DNA of 61,588 bases, filler included, from Hausera hauseri (GCA_046269625.1; 9 parts of 9 records of this genome joined end to end with filler, not necessarily neighbours in it); one strand, 5' to 3'. Shown: positions 1 through 12,921, numbered from the whole stretch's first letter. A program made the numbers and translations. Notes: generated by a model from the letters alone, not told the origin.

Positions 1-1199
1 ATTCAGAAATTGTTGGATTACAAAACTAACGAGTTGTTTGTAATAGGATTGAATACAAATGAATGGAAATTAGCATATTCTTGGTGCATGAAGGTTTGCA
101 GTCAAAAGTTAAATATTATTAAGAAGTATGATGCAGAGTTTGGTGGTAGTTCCATATTGTGTTTGGTTCGAAAGTTTTTCGAAGAAGATTGTTATACGCC
201 GGATAATGCGGAAATGGAAAATTATATTTTTACATTTTTCTATGACTCGCTTTGTTTATACATGAAGAAAAATTTACACAATCAAAGATACCAGATAGCC
301 TTTGTCTAAAAATAAGGAGTCAGATTTTACGTTTATATGCGAATGTTTTGTTTGACATTGGTTCTGATACTTATTTACAAAAGGCATTAGATATTGCATG
401 TCAGGCAAATACGATCAATAAATCATTGACCGGAATTTATGTAGAAATGAGTATTACTGTTTTTGCTGTCCAGCCAAACTTTTAGCAAATTCGAAATGTG
501 TTCCAAGAAGTGTGTCGACTAACTGAAACAAAGCCCATGTATATTAAGTCGGAGTATAAAACGTTATTACATTATTACATTAGATTATTGAAAAATGTAG
601 ATATTGAAATCATGATTAGTTGCGATAATCGTCTAACTGTATCATGCAGTTTAGAATCACCCATTTTCTCTCTACAGTCTGAGTGTAACTACGTTCAGTC
701 AAGTTCATATGGTGACCAAAAACTAATACATTATGGAAGTATATTAGGAAATGAATTCAAATATTTTGTTCTTGCTGCAATCTGAGATTACCAAGTTATG
801 TGACTGAAATCCGACCAAATTCGTTTAAAGAAAAGCCAAATCAAAAAGGAGTTGAAGGAATAATACTGTTAAAACTTATTGGACAAAATGTGTATTTTAG
901 ACAATTATTCAAAGCTCATTATGTCACAAGAGCGGATCTATATAACATTCTTCTAACTCTCTGTCCTCACATAAAAATTGATCAATTTTAATTGATTCTG
1001 AATAAATAGGATATTCACAACATGCGGAAATATTACATAGATGTAATAGAAAAAGTTCTACTAAAATTAGGGATCAAGAAGGTTATACATTTTTTGTGGC
1101 ACTGAGCAATGTCATTCCAAGACCAAAGGCCCTGCAGCGACGCTTAATTTGAAATGTATGACTACGCATAATGGATTCGATCTCAAGGAAATACTTCTT

Positions 1200-2074
1200 T
1201 TTGTATGTTTTGAAAAAAATGGTTTGGAATTATATCCACGACTTCGAGAAGCTCTTTGTAAACTTGATATTAAGTTTACGGATTTGGAATATCACTAGCT
1301 TTGGAAAAAATTGACAAATTAAATGTCAGCTCGATACCAACAAGTCACCTGTACCAAATTCAAAATTTACAGGACAATGGTATTCCAATGTATGGTACTT
1401 GAAAACAATATTTTATAAAACTAACGAAAAAGGGCCTTCATAAAGCAAAACTGCCTATGGATTGTGATTTATTTAGAGGTTCACGAAAGGATGATACGGA
1501 AAATCAAGTGACATACGGTGGAACGTTGTTTCCAACAACAAACGCATTAAACTGGCCGCTCCAAGGTTGTGGAGGAACTCATGCATCCAGACTTGGAAAA
1601 AGAGTTCAGTATATAAGTGGTATAAAGCATTTCACAGATTCCCACCCGAAATATGAGCCGGTGATAGATGCATTATGGTATAAATTTGAGAATCAGTATC
1701 AAACATTGCTGATTGTATTTAAACATTATGATCAGAAAAATAGAGGAATAGTTACTGTTGATGGTGCTCTGGAAATATTCTTGGAATATGGATTTTCCTT
1801 ATCTAGTAAGGATTTGATGACTTTTGCCAAGAATAATGGTTTCTTGATTGATAATAAATCCATGCGATGCGTTGTTCTACTTGAGAGATATCAACAGAAG
1901 TTCGAATACGGTGCCGTCAACCGAATTATAAAGCAGATTAATCAAAATAGTAAAATTGAAGAAAATGCAATTAAAGTTTATACGACTCTTACACCGGAAG
2001 ATTTTGAACGGAATTTGATAAACCTGCTTCATGGATTACATATTAGGCTTATGAACGAAATAAAAAATATGTGA
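1200..2074 (+). pseudogene. EF-hand protein fragment (EFCAB6-like), fragmented or finely intron-split
   Basis: ORF 1457-2074 contains an EF-hand-like loop (VFKHYDQKNRGIVTVDGALEIFLEYGF). A second EF-hand-flanking-like segment with an in-frame stop (FEKLFVKLDIKFTDLEYH*LWKK) lies near 1240-1310. Family call is by eye. Confidence 0.4.
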
Positions 2075-2407
2075 TACTGATAAAACTGTCCAGAAGAAAT
2101 TTTTGATTTAAGTCCAAAATACGAAAAAAAAAACTTACAAGCTGTCTTTACAGCTTCAATAAAACAAGCAGGAAGGGTTGGTCTTTATGTCCCAAGCCTG
2201 GGTGAGTACTTTTTGTCTGTGTTTACGATGTGTTGTGAATCATGGTCATGCACTAAAGTTTTGGATAGGTAATGTGGCGGAAATATAGCTAACGGATATG
2301 TTTAACACTTAAAAATTATTTAGACAATGCTGGAAATAGGTTTGAGACCACTCAAATTTTTTTCTTTATTTGAGGCTAATATTAGCATAGTAGTTTTGCG
2401 CAAGTAT

Positions 2408-2887
2408 CACCCATGGGGAAATATAAACATAGGGAGAAAATGCAGGTTCGGCTTCTCCTTCTCCGGGGGAAGGGGTCAGACTGGTAAATAGATAATGATT
2501 GTAACCATGGCAACGGCTCCATAGTGATAGGTACTATGTAACCGTTTCCACGGTAATAGACATGTCAATCCAACAATAAACCAATGCATGGATTTTACGT
2601 CAACCGGTAAATCAATGGTGTTCTAATCAATAAATCGATAATTTAAAAGTGCTAATCGATAGTGCCAATGCGTGCGAGTCGATCTGCGCACCTGTCACAT
2701 TGACCACGCTTTTCGAAACAGGCGAAAATCAGTAATATTGATTTTACTATAGTCCAATATCAATGATTAGAATTTCAATGCAAGTCAAGTTGAACAAACA
2801 AAGTGTCCTCTTTGTAATTGAACAAACCGTTTTTAAATCGATCGATTGATTTTCGAATAATAGTAAATCGTAGATTCCCCATGTGTG
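2408..2887. mobile_element. Possible MITE / non-autonomous DNA transposon
   Basis: 13-bp imperfect terminal inverted repeats CACCCATGGGGAA (2408) and TTCCCCATGTGTG (to 2887) around non-coding DNA. No TSD found. Confidence 0.3.
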
Positions 2888-3099
2888 AAAACCTTTATAA
2901 TCAATAGAATTTGTCCTCGTCCACAACTTACTGTAAAGTTAAAAAATCAATAAATAAACAAATATGTCAACAAATAGATAAGGTTTGGTAATTTTGTTAT
3001 ATTTTCAAATGGCTTGATTGTCAATATGGTTATTGATTATATTGAAATGCTTAGCTTTTATGATTGCCTGTCATCAAAATATTTATTAAAATTTTCAAT

Positions 3100-4326
3100 C
3101 TATGACGACTGGCATTGAACTCCACCGGATGGACCTGCATGTCCTCCTTCATCTTCACTTTCATACGCTTCTCCATTGTACTGTCCATTAGCATGACCAT
3201 TGGGTGCATTCTGATGATGTTTGTGCATCACACACTCTTCAGCATCTGTCGGGATGATTTGCTCTTCAAATCTGGAACGCGGCAAAATATTCTTTAGTTT
3301 AATTATGTCACTTGTTGGAATGAAATTCTGTTCGGGAAACACAACTTCAAATTCCACAATGAGACAACCTTTGTCAAATGGATTTTTGTATCTTGGCATT
3401 CCTTCATTTTCAATTGATCTGAATTCACCAGTTTTTATGACTTCACCAGGAATAGTTTTGATCAAAAGTGTTCGATTATCCAAAGTTTCAATGGTTCGTT
3501 GGAAACCACAAAGCGAATCGACTAAATCAATTTTCATTTTGTGGAGAAGATTTGATCCGTTTCTGGTAAATCGATTGTGTGGCTTCTGTGTCAGGTGTAT
3601 GACAACATCACCTGGTTCTAATCCTGGTTGTTGGTCACTTTCTCCATGAATTCTGATTGTCTGTTCGTTAGCCATACCCTTTTCAATGTAAACTTCGATT
3701 GGTTTCTTTTGATTAACGGTCTTTCCTCCTTTACACGTCTTACACCGATCTTTCTCGTTTATTACTTCACCTTCACCTTTACAAGCACTGCACGTTGTTT
3801 GAATTTGTTGTACCATGCCTGGACCAAGTTGTCTAAGTTTTACTTCAATTCCTCTACCATAACAAGTAACACAAGTTTTCACAGCCCCTTCCTTTCCACC
3901 TTTTCCATCACATGACTCACATATAACTTCTTTGTTTATTGCAATTTTTCTAGTCTTACCATTGTACAATTCTTCAAGAGTAACACTCATTTCATGATTA
4001 ACATCTCTTGTTCTCGTCGGTTGTTTTTGACGTGCCCGTCCTCCTCCACCAAAGAACATATCAAAAATGTCTGTTGGGTTGCGACCAGATGAACTGACAC
4101 CACCTTCTTTAATGGCCTGTTCTCCTCCTTGATCATAAATTTTACGTTTCTTTGCATCACTCAAGACTTCAAAGGCCTGACTTATTTCTTTGAATTTTTC
4201 ACCACCAGTTGGATTTTTATCAGGGTGAAACTTTAGAGCTAACTTTCGGTAGGATTTCTTTAATTCTTCCTCAGTAGCATTGGGACTGACACCAAGAATG
4301 TCGTAGTATTTGGTTTCCTTGACCAT
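3100..4326 (-). CDS. DNAJA1: Type I J-domain co-chaperone Hsp40, DNAJA family; intronless
   Basis: 408 aa. [13 protein letters not shown] start, HPD motif, G/F region, four zinc-finger repeats ([32 protein letters not shown]), C-terminal CaaX prenylation motif CQSS (eukaryotic). AATAAA on the minus strand at 3082-3087. Assignment among DNAJA1/2/4 is not resolved. Confidence 0.96.
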   Translation of the reverse strand: MVKETKYYDILGVSPNATEEELKKSYRKLALKFHPDKNPTGGEKFKEISQAFEVLSDAKKRKIYDQGGEQAIKEGGVSSSGRNPTDIFDMFFGGGGRARQKQPTRTRDVNHEMSVTLEELYNGKTRKIAINKEVICESCDGKGGKEGAVKTCVTCYGRGIEVKLRQLGPGMVQQIQTTCSACKGEGEVINEKDRCKTCKGGKTVNQKKPIEVYIEKGMANEQTIRIHGESDQQPGLEPGDVVIHLTQKPHNRFTRNGSNLLHKMKIDLVDSLCGFQRTIETLDNRTLLIKTIPGEVIKTGEFRSIENEGMPRYKNPFDKGCLIVEFEVVFPEQNFIPTSDIIKLKNILPRSRFEEQIIPTDAEECVMHKHHQNAPNGHANGQYNGEAYESEDEGGHAGPSGGVQCQSS

Positions 4327-5011
4327 TGTTGATAAAATTGAAATATGATTAAATTAATAAAATTTTTTCAAACAAATTTTTTATTAACATTTTTTATTTT
4401 AAATTTTCCTTAATTTTTATGTTATATTTCGGAAGTTAAAATATTATGAATGAATAAAATAAAATAAAATAAATTTCATATATGGGAATTGCACCTGTCC
4501 AAACCCGACGACACTATGACTTTCTCGTCGTCATAAAGTTTCACAGACAACGGATAAACCTCAATTTTTGCTGGAATAGATAGAACAGAATATTGACTTT
4601 GGAACATCCAACTAACGTAATACATCCAACAATTAAGAATATTAATTTCATATAATTATTCCATCTGTTTTGAAAACTTTCTCTTATGTCCTTAAGTTTC
4701 TGTATTTCATTTGTTGACTCCGAATTAACTGTTTCTAAAAACGTGACTGATTTGAATAAATCCATAATGGCTGGCAGGTACGTAGATGTTAGTAAATACC
4801 GAATTGAATAGATTAGATTTAACCAAATCCGCGCACGATGTGATAAAATGACAAAAGTGCACCAACCTGTCGGCAACTGCGAAGACAAATAAACAAAGAC
4901 AAATAGCAACAAATGAGAAAATAATAACAGTGTATTTACAGGTCTATGTTGGGTACAACAAGGACGATTAAGTATAAACAGACACCATAAAAGTACAATT
5001 TTAGATGAATA

Positions 5012-5586
5012 ATGGTTTTTAGTGCAAAATCAGAACTGTGTATTTTTGATCATGCAGTAGCACAAGTTGTTATAGATGCTTATGCATTTGAAACATGTCC
5101 CAAAATTTTGATTTTTAATACCAATACCATAGAATTCAACATAAATGGATCGGAAACTGATTATTTAGATCTGAATGACACGTTGCTCTCTGTAAAAATC
5201 AAAGAGACAAAAGATGATGGAAGAGATATAGAAGACGGTACTGATGTAACACCTAGTAATTATTTGCTTTATACATTATTTAAAGAGGCCGTGTTATCAT
5301 TCAATAATATAAAAATTGAAGACGCGAATGATAAATATACTATAAAAGCTCTAATCGAAAATTGCTTGAATTTCAGTACCCATACAGAAACAACATTTTT
5401 ACAATGTATTGGATGGGGAAAGAAGCAGATCGAAAGAAATGGGCTGCGAAATCAGGTATCATTTCTCTATGTGGTCCATTAAATTTCGATTTTTTCAATC
5501 AACCGAAGTATTTGATTCCCAGTGTTAATGTCAGTATAAAATTAACAAGAAACCCGAGTGATGTTGTAGTGCCTATCGCACGCTAA
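5012..5586 (+). pseudogene. Maverick/Polinton (adintovirus-like) major capsid protein, N-terminal half (F54H12.2-like); frameshifted and truncated
   Basis: KSELCIF...IEFNINGSETDYLDLNDTLLSVK...NYLLYTLFKE...YTIKALIENCLNFS, then in another frame CGPLNFDFFNQPKYLIPSVNVSIKLTR. This matches the motif series of the Maverick double-jelly-roll MCP. Confidence 0.8.
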
Positions 5587-7388
5587 CCTTTTGCCAATGT
5601 AATTTTTTGTTGTTGTGTGTATTCCAATGTAAAGTTTATGTACATAGTTTTGTTGAGATAAAGTATTGTAAGTTATTTTATATTGTGTAGTTTGTAACAT
5701 ATTTTATGGCGTTATTTTGCGTTAGAAATTTATTTTTTCACAATGATTTCTCACCTTAATATGTGTATATAAACATATGTAATTTTGCTCATATTTGATA
5801 ATGTTGATTAATAATATGAATGTTATTCTATGAAATAACTGCTGGAGATTCCTAGATAGGAACCGAATTATACTGACCTCGTGATTTTACCGTGTCAAGG
5901 ATTTTGTTTAAATTGCACGATATCATAGACAGAAATTAAATGCGTTTATTGAATTTCTGCAATAAATACTAATAGATTTTACACGCGTTTTTGTTTTGGT
6001 AATATAATGAAAGCCAACGAACAAAAGGATATCACAAAATTTCCCCATTACCACAAAATGATGATATTCTGTTGGTGCAGAGAAATTTGGTAGGTGACAT
6101 TTCGATGCACCAACAAAACTTGGTTAAAAATTTTTTTTTTGATCTTATTATTAGCGTCGAAGGATTAGTGGCCGATACGTATGTACAAGTATACTACACA
6201 ATCTAATTGGAAAATTTTGATATTTTATAGACCCCGTGTACATTGTGATTTTGCAGACTTGTGGGCACCCTTATCGTGGTAAATGGACGGTTAAATTTCT
6301 TTACTGATCAACAAATAATTAATAAACTTTCTTGTGATGAAATATTTCTTACTGTCAAAGTTAACTAATTGATCTAACCACTCATAACTTGAAATGCAGT
6401 TTTACCAAGTCAAAATAAATGACAAAACCAAATAATAATTAAAATTGAATGAGAAATATCTGAAGCAGAAAATTAAACAGTCGTGTTGAATATAAATAAG
6501 TATGTATATTATGAGTTATCCCGTGTGATTTATGTAAAGCATAAATGCTACAATGTGAAATCAATCTTTCAAATATACGGCAATTTTCAATAGATATTAT
6601 AATTATGTTGTCGTCCAAGCCTATAAATACTCCTCTACTATCATTAGATTTTAACTTCTTTTAAATTGTTTTAAAGAATATTTTTGAATGGTTTCAAAAT
6701 CTAATGCCAATCTAGAGCGTAAACTAGCATTAAAATCTTTGATCTTATTATTTGGATCGGAAGATTACAAAAGTATTCATCTATGTCAACAACCTCTTTT
6801 CTGGATAGAAATTTTACGTTCCATCCAATGTCGACATAAGCAGGAAGTACTGTATAACGCGCAACAGTAAAAAACAAAACCAACGAATGAGTATCCTTTT
6901 TTACTAAACATTTAATATTGAAAAAGTATACACTATGCAAATTTTTCGACTAATATTTCGCATTTCTGTTTACTTTACACGTGATTTCAAAATCGTTTCA
7001 ATACAAACAAAACAATAATATTTGATCAAATTTTAAAAAACCAAGAAAGAAGGAAAATCAGATACGCAAATCGTGCACGATTCAACATAAGTCAGAAGTT
7101 GTTAAATTCACAAAAGTAAATAATAATCGTGTAACCGGAATAAAATGTATTATGAATGCGACTATTCTGAGAAAATAGTAAAATTATGAAGTTTCAAGAA
7201 ATTGCATAGTAGAAAACAAAGCATAAATAACAGGAAGTTTTAGGCCTTTTTTTGAAAAGAAACTTTATTATACTTGAAAGGTCAAAAGCACAACGATGTA
7301 ATTCTGAGACGCGAATGATGAAGAATTTCGGTCAATAAAAAAATTTGTTCATATACAAAGTGATTAGATACATATAATATACAAGATT

Positions 7389-7488
7389 NNNNNNNNNNNN
7401 NNNNNNNNNNNNNNNNNNNNNNNNNNNNNNNNTTAATTAATTAANNNNNNNNNNNNNNNNNNNNNNNNNNNNNNNNNNNNNNNNNNNN
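7389..7488. other. Artificial contig linker
   Basis: 44 N + TTAATTAATTAA (stops in all six frames) + 44 N. Confidence 0.98.
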
Positions 7489-8221
7489 AATCCAATCAAA
7501 GTGAGTAGGAGGAAATGTGTGGTCTGGGCCGTCTTTTCTCCCGCAAGGATGTAGACTAAAAACCGTTGTTAAATAATTTGTATATCTGACATACCATTCT
7601 AATAGTCCTATTACGTTAACGTGCAGTATTGCATAATTAATATGAACTAGTCAGTCGTCTATAATACACGAAATAAATTGAATTTACAGTCACGATAATT
7701 AAGTAATTGGAATTTTTGAATTTTATTTTTTGACCACTTATAATTAATTACCAAAGTTATTTCAATAAAATCTACAATTTTCCTCATTTTTCTGACACTA
7801 TTTACCCATTGATGAGACAGGCAGAAAGTTTCTAGTTGTTACCGTAAAGTTGCTGTATAACACTTAAACTTTTGTACATTACTATTTTTCTCACAAGGAA
7901 ACGAATATTAATAATATGAATTAATTTTTGCCAATAAAGTCAAAGCAACGCTGTTGGGGCTTTTAAATGTGACAGCATTTCGAACTTGCTCAAATTTTTC
8001 CACTTGATTTAAAAAATTCGATCTTTAACAAAATTTTCCAGTAGAATTGTTACATAAATAAAGATAAAGATAAATCACTATAAAAGATTTATATAACCAC
8101 AATTAAAACTAAAATACGATTCTTCTTCATCATGTATTTCCGTCAAAAATTTATTAAAATTATAGTTCAAACTGAACTAAATGCCCTAACCCTAACGTAA
8201 TCGTTATTCTAATTGAAAAGT

Positions 8222-8416
8222 CTAAGATAACATTTTATCAGTAACGTCAATTATTGTTCTGAATGCATATTCAACATGGTCGACATTAGCAAATTGGTAG
8301 CATAATGCAAACCTCAAATATACAATACCAGTTTCATTGAAAATAGATGTGATTATGTGAATTCTACCGTCTTGTTCTATGTTGGTGTATAATTGCTGAT
8401 TAATTTCGTTGTCACC
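8222..8416 (-). CDS. Terminal exon of a group II PLP-dependent decarboxylase (DOPA/tyrosine/histidine decarboxylase family)
   Basis: Acceptor ttctcattcag followed by GDNEINQQLYTNIEQDGRIHIITSIFNETGIVYLRFALCYQFANVDHVEYAFRTIIDVTDKMLS*. This resembles the AADC C-terminus (GSNxLNxxLLxxIxxxxxIHxVP...LRFAIC). Upstream exons were not found. Confidence 0.65.
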   Translation of the reverse strand, partial: GDNEINQQLYTNIEQDGRIHIITSIFNETGIVYLRFALCYQFANVDHVEYAFRTIIDVTDKMLS

Positions 8417-8704
8417 CTGAATGAGAAAGTATTAATGATTTAAAAACAACTGATAATCAAAATATCGGATGTTTTTTGGTATAAATTCTTTGCAAGATCC
8501 GATTTTTCTTCGCACTAGTACAATATCACCCTAAACTCATTGAACGTCCTATTATTATTCTTTTTCTCTCAAATGAGTTGTCACTAGTATGCTGATACTA
8601 TTAATGAAATCAAAAAAATTATTTTAAAATACGGAAGTTCTCTTTCAGCAGCATATTAATGATGTAAGAGAAAAGGAAGTTGAGACCTTTGTTGCAATAT
8701 TGTA

Positions 8705-8779
8705 TTTGCGGCAGACACTGCCTTCGTCAAGAACTGGTTCCATGGCCTTGAACCTGATGAAGGAAGTGTCTGCCGAAAT
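8705..8779. repeat. 27-bp inverted repeat, each arm carrying a hammerhead-core-like motif
   Basis: tttgcggcagacactgccttcgtcaag (8705-8731) versus cctgatgaaggaagtgtctgccgaaat (8753-8779). Confidence 0.6.
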
Positions 8780-8800
8780 TTTAAAATTTAATAGAATATA

Positions 8801-9762
8801 CAGGGTGTCCCAGAACGTAACGATAAGCTGGCAACAGGAGAAGGGCCTACTTATGCCGACCTTGTAACAAAAAAATTAGCGTCCTATGTACTACGGTTCT
8901 CAAGTACCAGCCATCTTAATAAAAGTCTGAAAAATCATTACCCTCAGGGAACCTCAACTTTGACTCCTAAGTTTATATCAGTAAAGCAATAAATAAATAA
9001 ATAAAGAAAACAACAGGCTCATTTAAAACATTTATTAAATTAAAGCAAATGCTCAAATTGTCTTCCCTCAGCTCTAATGCATGCTCTACATCTTATTAAA
9101 AAAGATCTTTTCACGAGTCTAGCACATCCTTTTCTGCTTATTTGATCTGCAGCTTCATTTATTCTCCTCCGTAGTTCAGTTATGTTTTGCACTGGTTTTT
9201 GATACACAATTTCCTTCATGTGGCCCCAATAAAAAAATCTATCGGGTTTAAATCTGGCGAACGTTCCGGCCACTGGATCGGGCCCAAACGACCAATCCAC
9301 CTATTGGAATACTCTTTATTTAAATATTCCCTTAATGGACGAGCATAATGGGCTGGACAGCCATCGTGCTGCAACCACATCCATTGCACAATGTTGATTG
9401 GAACATCATTCAATAAATCTTGTATATCATTTCGGAGAAATTGTAAATAATTTTTTCCGTTTCGATTTTCTAACAACTGTATTGGTCCTATGATTCTGCC
9501 GTTTAATATTCCAGTCCATAAATTGATTTTGAATTGGTTTTGGGACCGTTTTTGCCTCATTAAATGTGGGTTTTCAGTTTGCCAACTACGCAAATTATGC
9601 AGATTTCAAAATCCGTCCTTTTTACATGTAGTTTCATCAGACCACAAAATGCTGTCTAAGAATTGCGGGTCTTCACTATTCTTTCTTAACATATTTCTAC
9701 AAAATTCTACCCTGTCGGCATAGTCACGTGGTAGCAGGCATTGTACTCGTTGGACGTGATAG
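8801..9762 (-). mobile_element. Tc1/mariner-superfamily transposon, copy A (Tc3-like DDD transposase remnant), cut by the scaffold gap
   Basis: TA|CAGGGTGTCCC terminus. Transposase motifs WSDETT, WLQHDGCPAHY and WPERSPDLNPIDFF are spread over frameshifted ORFs 9216-9593 and 9040-9300. Confidence 0.9.
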
Positions 9763-9862
9763 NNNNNNNNNNNNNNNNNNNNNNNNNNNNNNNNNNNNNN
9801 NNNNNNNNNNNNNNNNNNNNNNNNNNNNNNNNNNNNNNNNNNNNNNNNNNNNNNNNNNNNNN
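9763..9862. other. Scaffold gap (100 N, no linker)
   Basis: Pure N run inside contig 2. Confidence 0.95.
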
Positions 9863-10163
9863 CGCCCCGGGGGAGAGGTACTAAAACCTTGAAACATCAA
9901 TATTCCGCCTTCTTTTTCAATTTCATTGCCAATGCTTTGGAAAGCTACTTCGTATCACATATACAAACATAATCACTCAATATAAAAAGTATCAATAAAC
10001 GTACTCACGATGGAACGTGTCGATAATAAAATTATAAATATAATGACGACGACTCTTAACTATTTGCTAAATACGTTTGACGTAAGGTCATCATTTACAT
10101 GGCATCGCAAATTTTAGTTCACAATAAAAATGTACATATTTCACATCCGCAGTCTACTATATA

Positions 10164-11607
10164 CAAGGTGTCCCAGAACGTGACAACAGGATAAAGGCCT
10201 ACTTATGCCGATTTCGTAACAAAAAAATTATCGTCCTATGTACTACGGTTTTGAAGTACCAGTCATTTTAATAAAAATCTAAAAAATCAGTACCCTCAGG
10301 GAACCTCAACTTTGACACCTAAGATTAAATAAGCAATAAATAAAGGAGACTAATGAAAAAAACAACAGGCTAATTTAAAACATTTATTAAATTAAAGCAA
10401 ATGCTCAAATTGTCTTTCCTCAGCTCTAATGCATACTCTACATATTCTTAGAAAAGATCTTTACACAAGTCTAGCACATCCTTTTCTGCTTATTAGATTT
10501 GCAACTTCATTTATTCTATTCCGTAGTTCAGTTATGTTTTCTACTGGTTTTTGACACACAATTTCCTTTATGTGGCTCCAATAAAAAATCTATCGGGTTT
10601 AAATCTTGCGAACGTGCCAGATACTGGATCGGGCCCATATGACCAATCCAACTATAGGGGTACTCTTTATTTAAATATTCCATTATTTGGCTTATTAGAT
10701 TTGCAACTTCATTCATTCTATTCCGTAGTTCAGTTATGTTTTCTACTGGTTTTTGATACACAATTTCCTTTATGTGGCTCCAATAAAAAATCTATCGGGT
10801 TTAAATCTTGCGAACGTGCCAGCCACTGGATCGGGCCCATATGACCAATCCACCTACTGGGGTACTCTTTATTTAAATATTCCATTATTTGCCGACAATA
10901 ATGGGCTGTACAGCCGTCGTGCTGCAACCACATCTGTTGCACAATGTTGATTGCAACATCATGCGATAAATCTTGTAAATCATCTCGGAGAAATTCTAAA
11001 TAGTTTTCTCCGTTTAAATTTTCTGGCAGCTGTATTGGGCCTAGGATTCGACCGTTTAATATACCAGCCCATAAATCGATTTTGAATTAGTATTGAGACC
11101 GTTCTTGCCGCATTAAATGTGGATTTTCAGTTTGTCAGCTGTGCAAATTATGCAGATTTAAAAATCTCTCTTTTTTACATGTAGTTTCATCAGACCAAAA
11201 AACGTTTCTAAGAATTGCGGGTCTTCACTATTCTTTTTTAACATATTTCTACAAAATTCTACCCTGTCGGCATAGTCACGTGGTAGCAGGCATTGTACTC
11301 GTTGGACGTGATAGGGGTGAAGCCGGTTTCTTCTTAAAATTCTTTGTGCTGTACTTTTCTTTTTGCCTGTATTTTGTTAAATTTGTCAAATCAATGCATC
11401 ATTATAAACAGCAATAAAAGTACAAATAATTTAAAACTCTAGTCACATTACCGACAAGGTTCCCTGAAGGTAGTGAATTTTAGATTTGTATTAAAATGGC
11501 TGGTACTTGAGAACCGTAGTACACAGAACGCTAATTTTTTGTTACGAAGTCGGCATAAGTAGGCCTTCTCCAGTTGCCAACTTATCGTCAGGCTCTGGGA
11601 CACCTTG
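10164..11607 (-). mobile_element. Tc1/mariner transposon, copy B; internally deleted, both ~150-bp TIRs present, internal ~200-bp tandem duplication
   Basis: Left end TA|CAAGGTGTCCCAGAA, right end TCTGGGACACCTTG|CA. TIRs at about 10164-10305 and 11457-11607. The SQDLNPIDF segment is duplicated (about 10488-10687 and 10690-10887). Confidence 0.9.
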
Positions 11608-11741
11608 CATAAGTATTTGATCATTATTAATAGGGAGAAAATGTGCCTTCTACACCACATGAACCCGCCCCGGGGGAGAGGTACTAAAACCTTGAAACAT
11701 CAATATTCCGCCTTCTTTTTCAATTTCATTGCCAATGCTTT

Positions 11742-12921
11742 GTTGTTTATCCTTACAGTCTTGAATATATTGCTCTGTATTCTCGATTTCATGTAACATT
11801 TTCTCCTTATTTCTGTTTCTTATAATTCTATTTCTTGTTCTTTCATAGAATTAATTTCATCAATTTCATCATTTGATTTACTTTCATCAAATATATTTCG
11901 GTTACCCACAGAATCCGAAATAGTTTCAGTCGAGTATTCGTGAAGATTAATCGATATAATATTTTCTGCATTGCCCATTTAACATTCCAATACTTCCATC
12001 TTTTGATCGTCATTTCTTTCGAGTATATTCAGCAGCTTCTTCTTCTTTTTATTCAGTCGATCTGTTTTCCTTTTGGTGTTATCACGCAGTTCATTAAATT
12101 GCCGCTCAAGGTTCAATAAACGATTCTTTATCTCATTTAGTTCATTATTCTTTACTGTAACACGTTTCTTATTTTCTGTCATTTCTTTGATTATTTTATG
12201 GAAGTCTTCAAAGTATTGATTTTTCGCATAGTGTAAATTTTCACACTTTAAATCGGGTTACTTCATTTAGTTTGTTTGTATTTATTTTCAATTCTTGTTC
12301 TTTGTAAACAATATTATTTTCAAGTGTTTTGACTTCGCTTTCCGTCTTACGAATTGTATCTAAATGATATTCTGTTCTCTTGCTTAAATCATCTCCCAAC
12401 ATTTTATATTGTCGGCGTTCAGCTTCGATCGATTTGATTTTAGAGGTAAGTTGATCGCTTAAGTTTGATTAATTTTCAAGCTTCTGATGTTCAATATCCA
12501 GGGCATTTGATTTCAGTTTCATGTTTTTCTTGATGCATTTTGACTATTTAGTTTTTCATTCAATTCCTTTGTTTTATCCTGATGCCATGTTACTAAGTTT
12601 TCCATTTGCTGATTTACTGATTTTATAGAATTTTTCAAAGATTCAATTTCTTTACTTAAAAGTGATTTTCTTTATCCTTTCTTTCACAGTTTCTCTACAT
12701 TCTACAGTTTCTTTTCCCGTTCGCTGTTCTTCGATAACTTTATCTGAATAGATAATTTCGTCACGTTTGCTTAAAAGACTTTCTTTATTAGCCCTGATAA
12801 ATTGTGTTTGTTCAATTTCTTCCAATATCTCATTTAATAACAATATATTTCTTTTATATTCGTCAACAATTTTCTGCTTGTCTTCTCGATCACGTTGATA
12901 AGTCATGGTTAACGTTTTCAA
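11742..12921 (-). pseudogene. Disrupted long coiled-coil protein gene fragment
   Basis: K/E/Q/L-rich heptad-like ORFs 12652-12921 and 11979-12182 lie in a continuous coding-like stretch broken by stops and frameshifts. Confidence 0.4.

Noticed and set aside
10-1150. Short plus-strand ORFs at the window start (similar ones at 6400-6950, 13100-14050, 16880-18400, 20960-21620 and 40600-40950)
   Set aside because: Coding-like but fragmented, with no motif I could recognise, so left unannotated.
3115-3915. Plus-strand ORFs overlapping DNAJA (also antisense ORFs over the kinase, env, X and gag)
   Set aside because: Antisense shadows of real coding sequence with no motifs of their own.
7433-7444. 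Recurrent TTAATTAATTAA palindrome as a biological site
   Set aside because: It is always centred in a 100-nt N spacer, so it is an artificial six-frame-stop linker. ORFs running into these Ns are artefacts.
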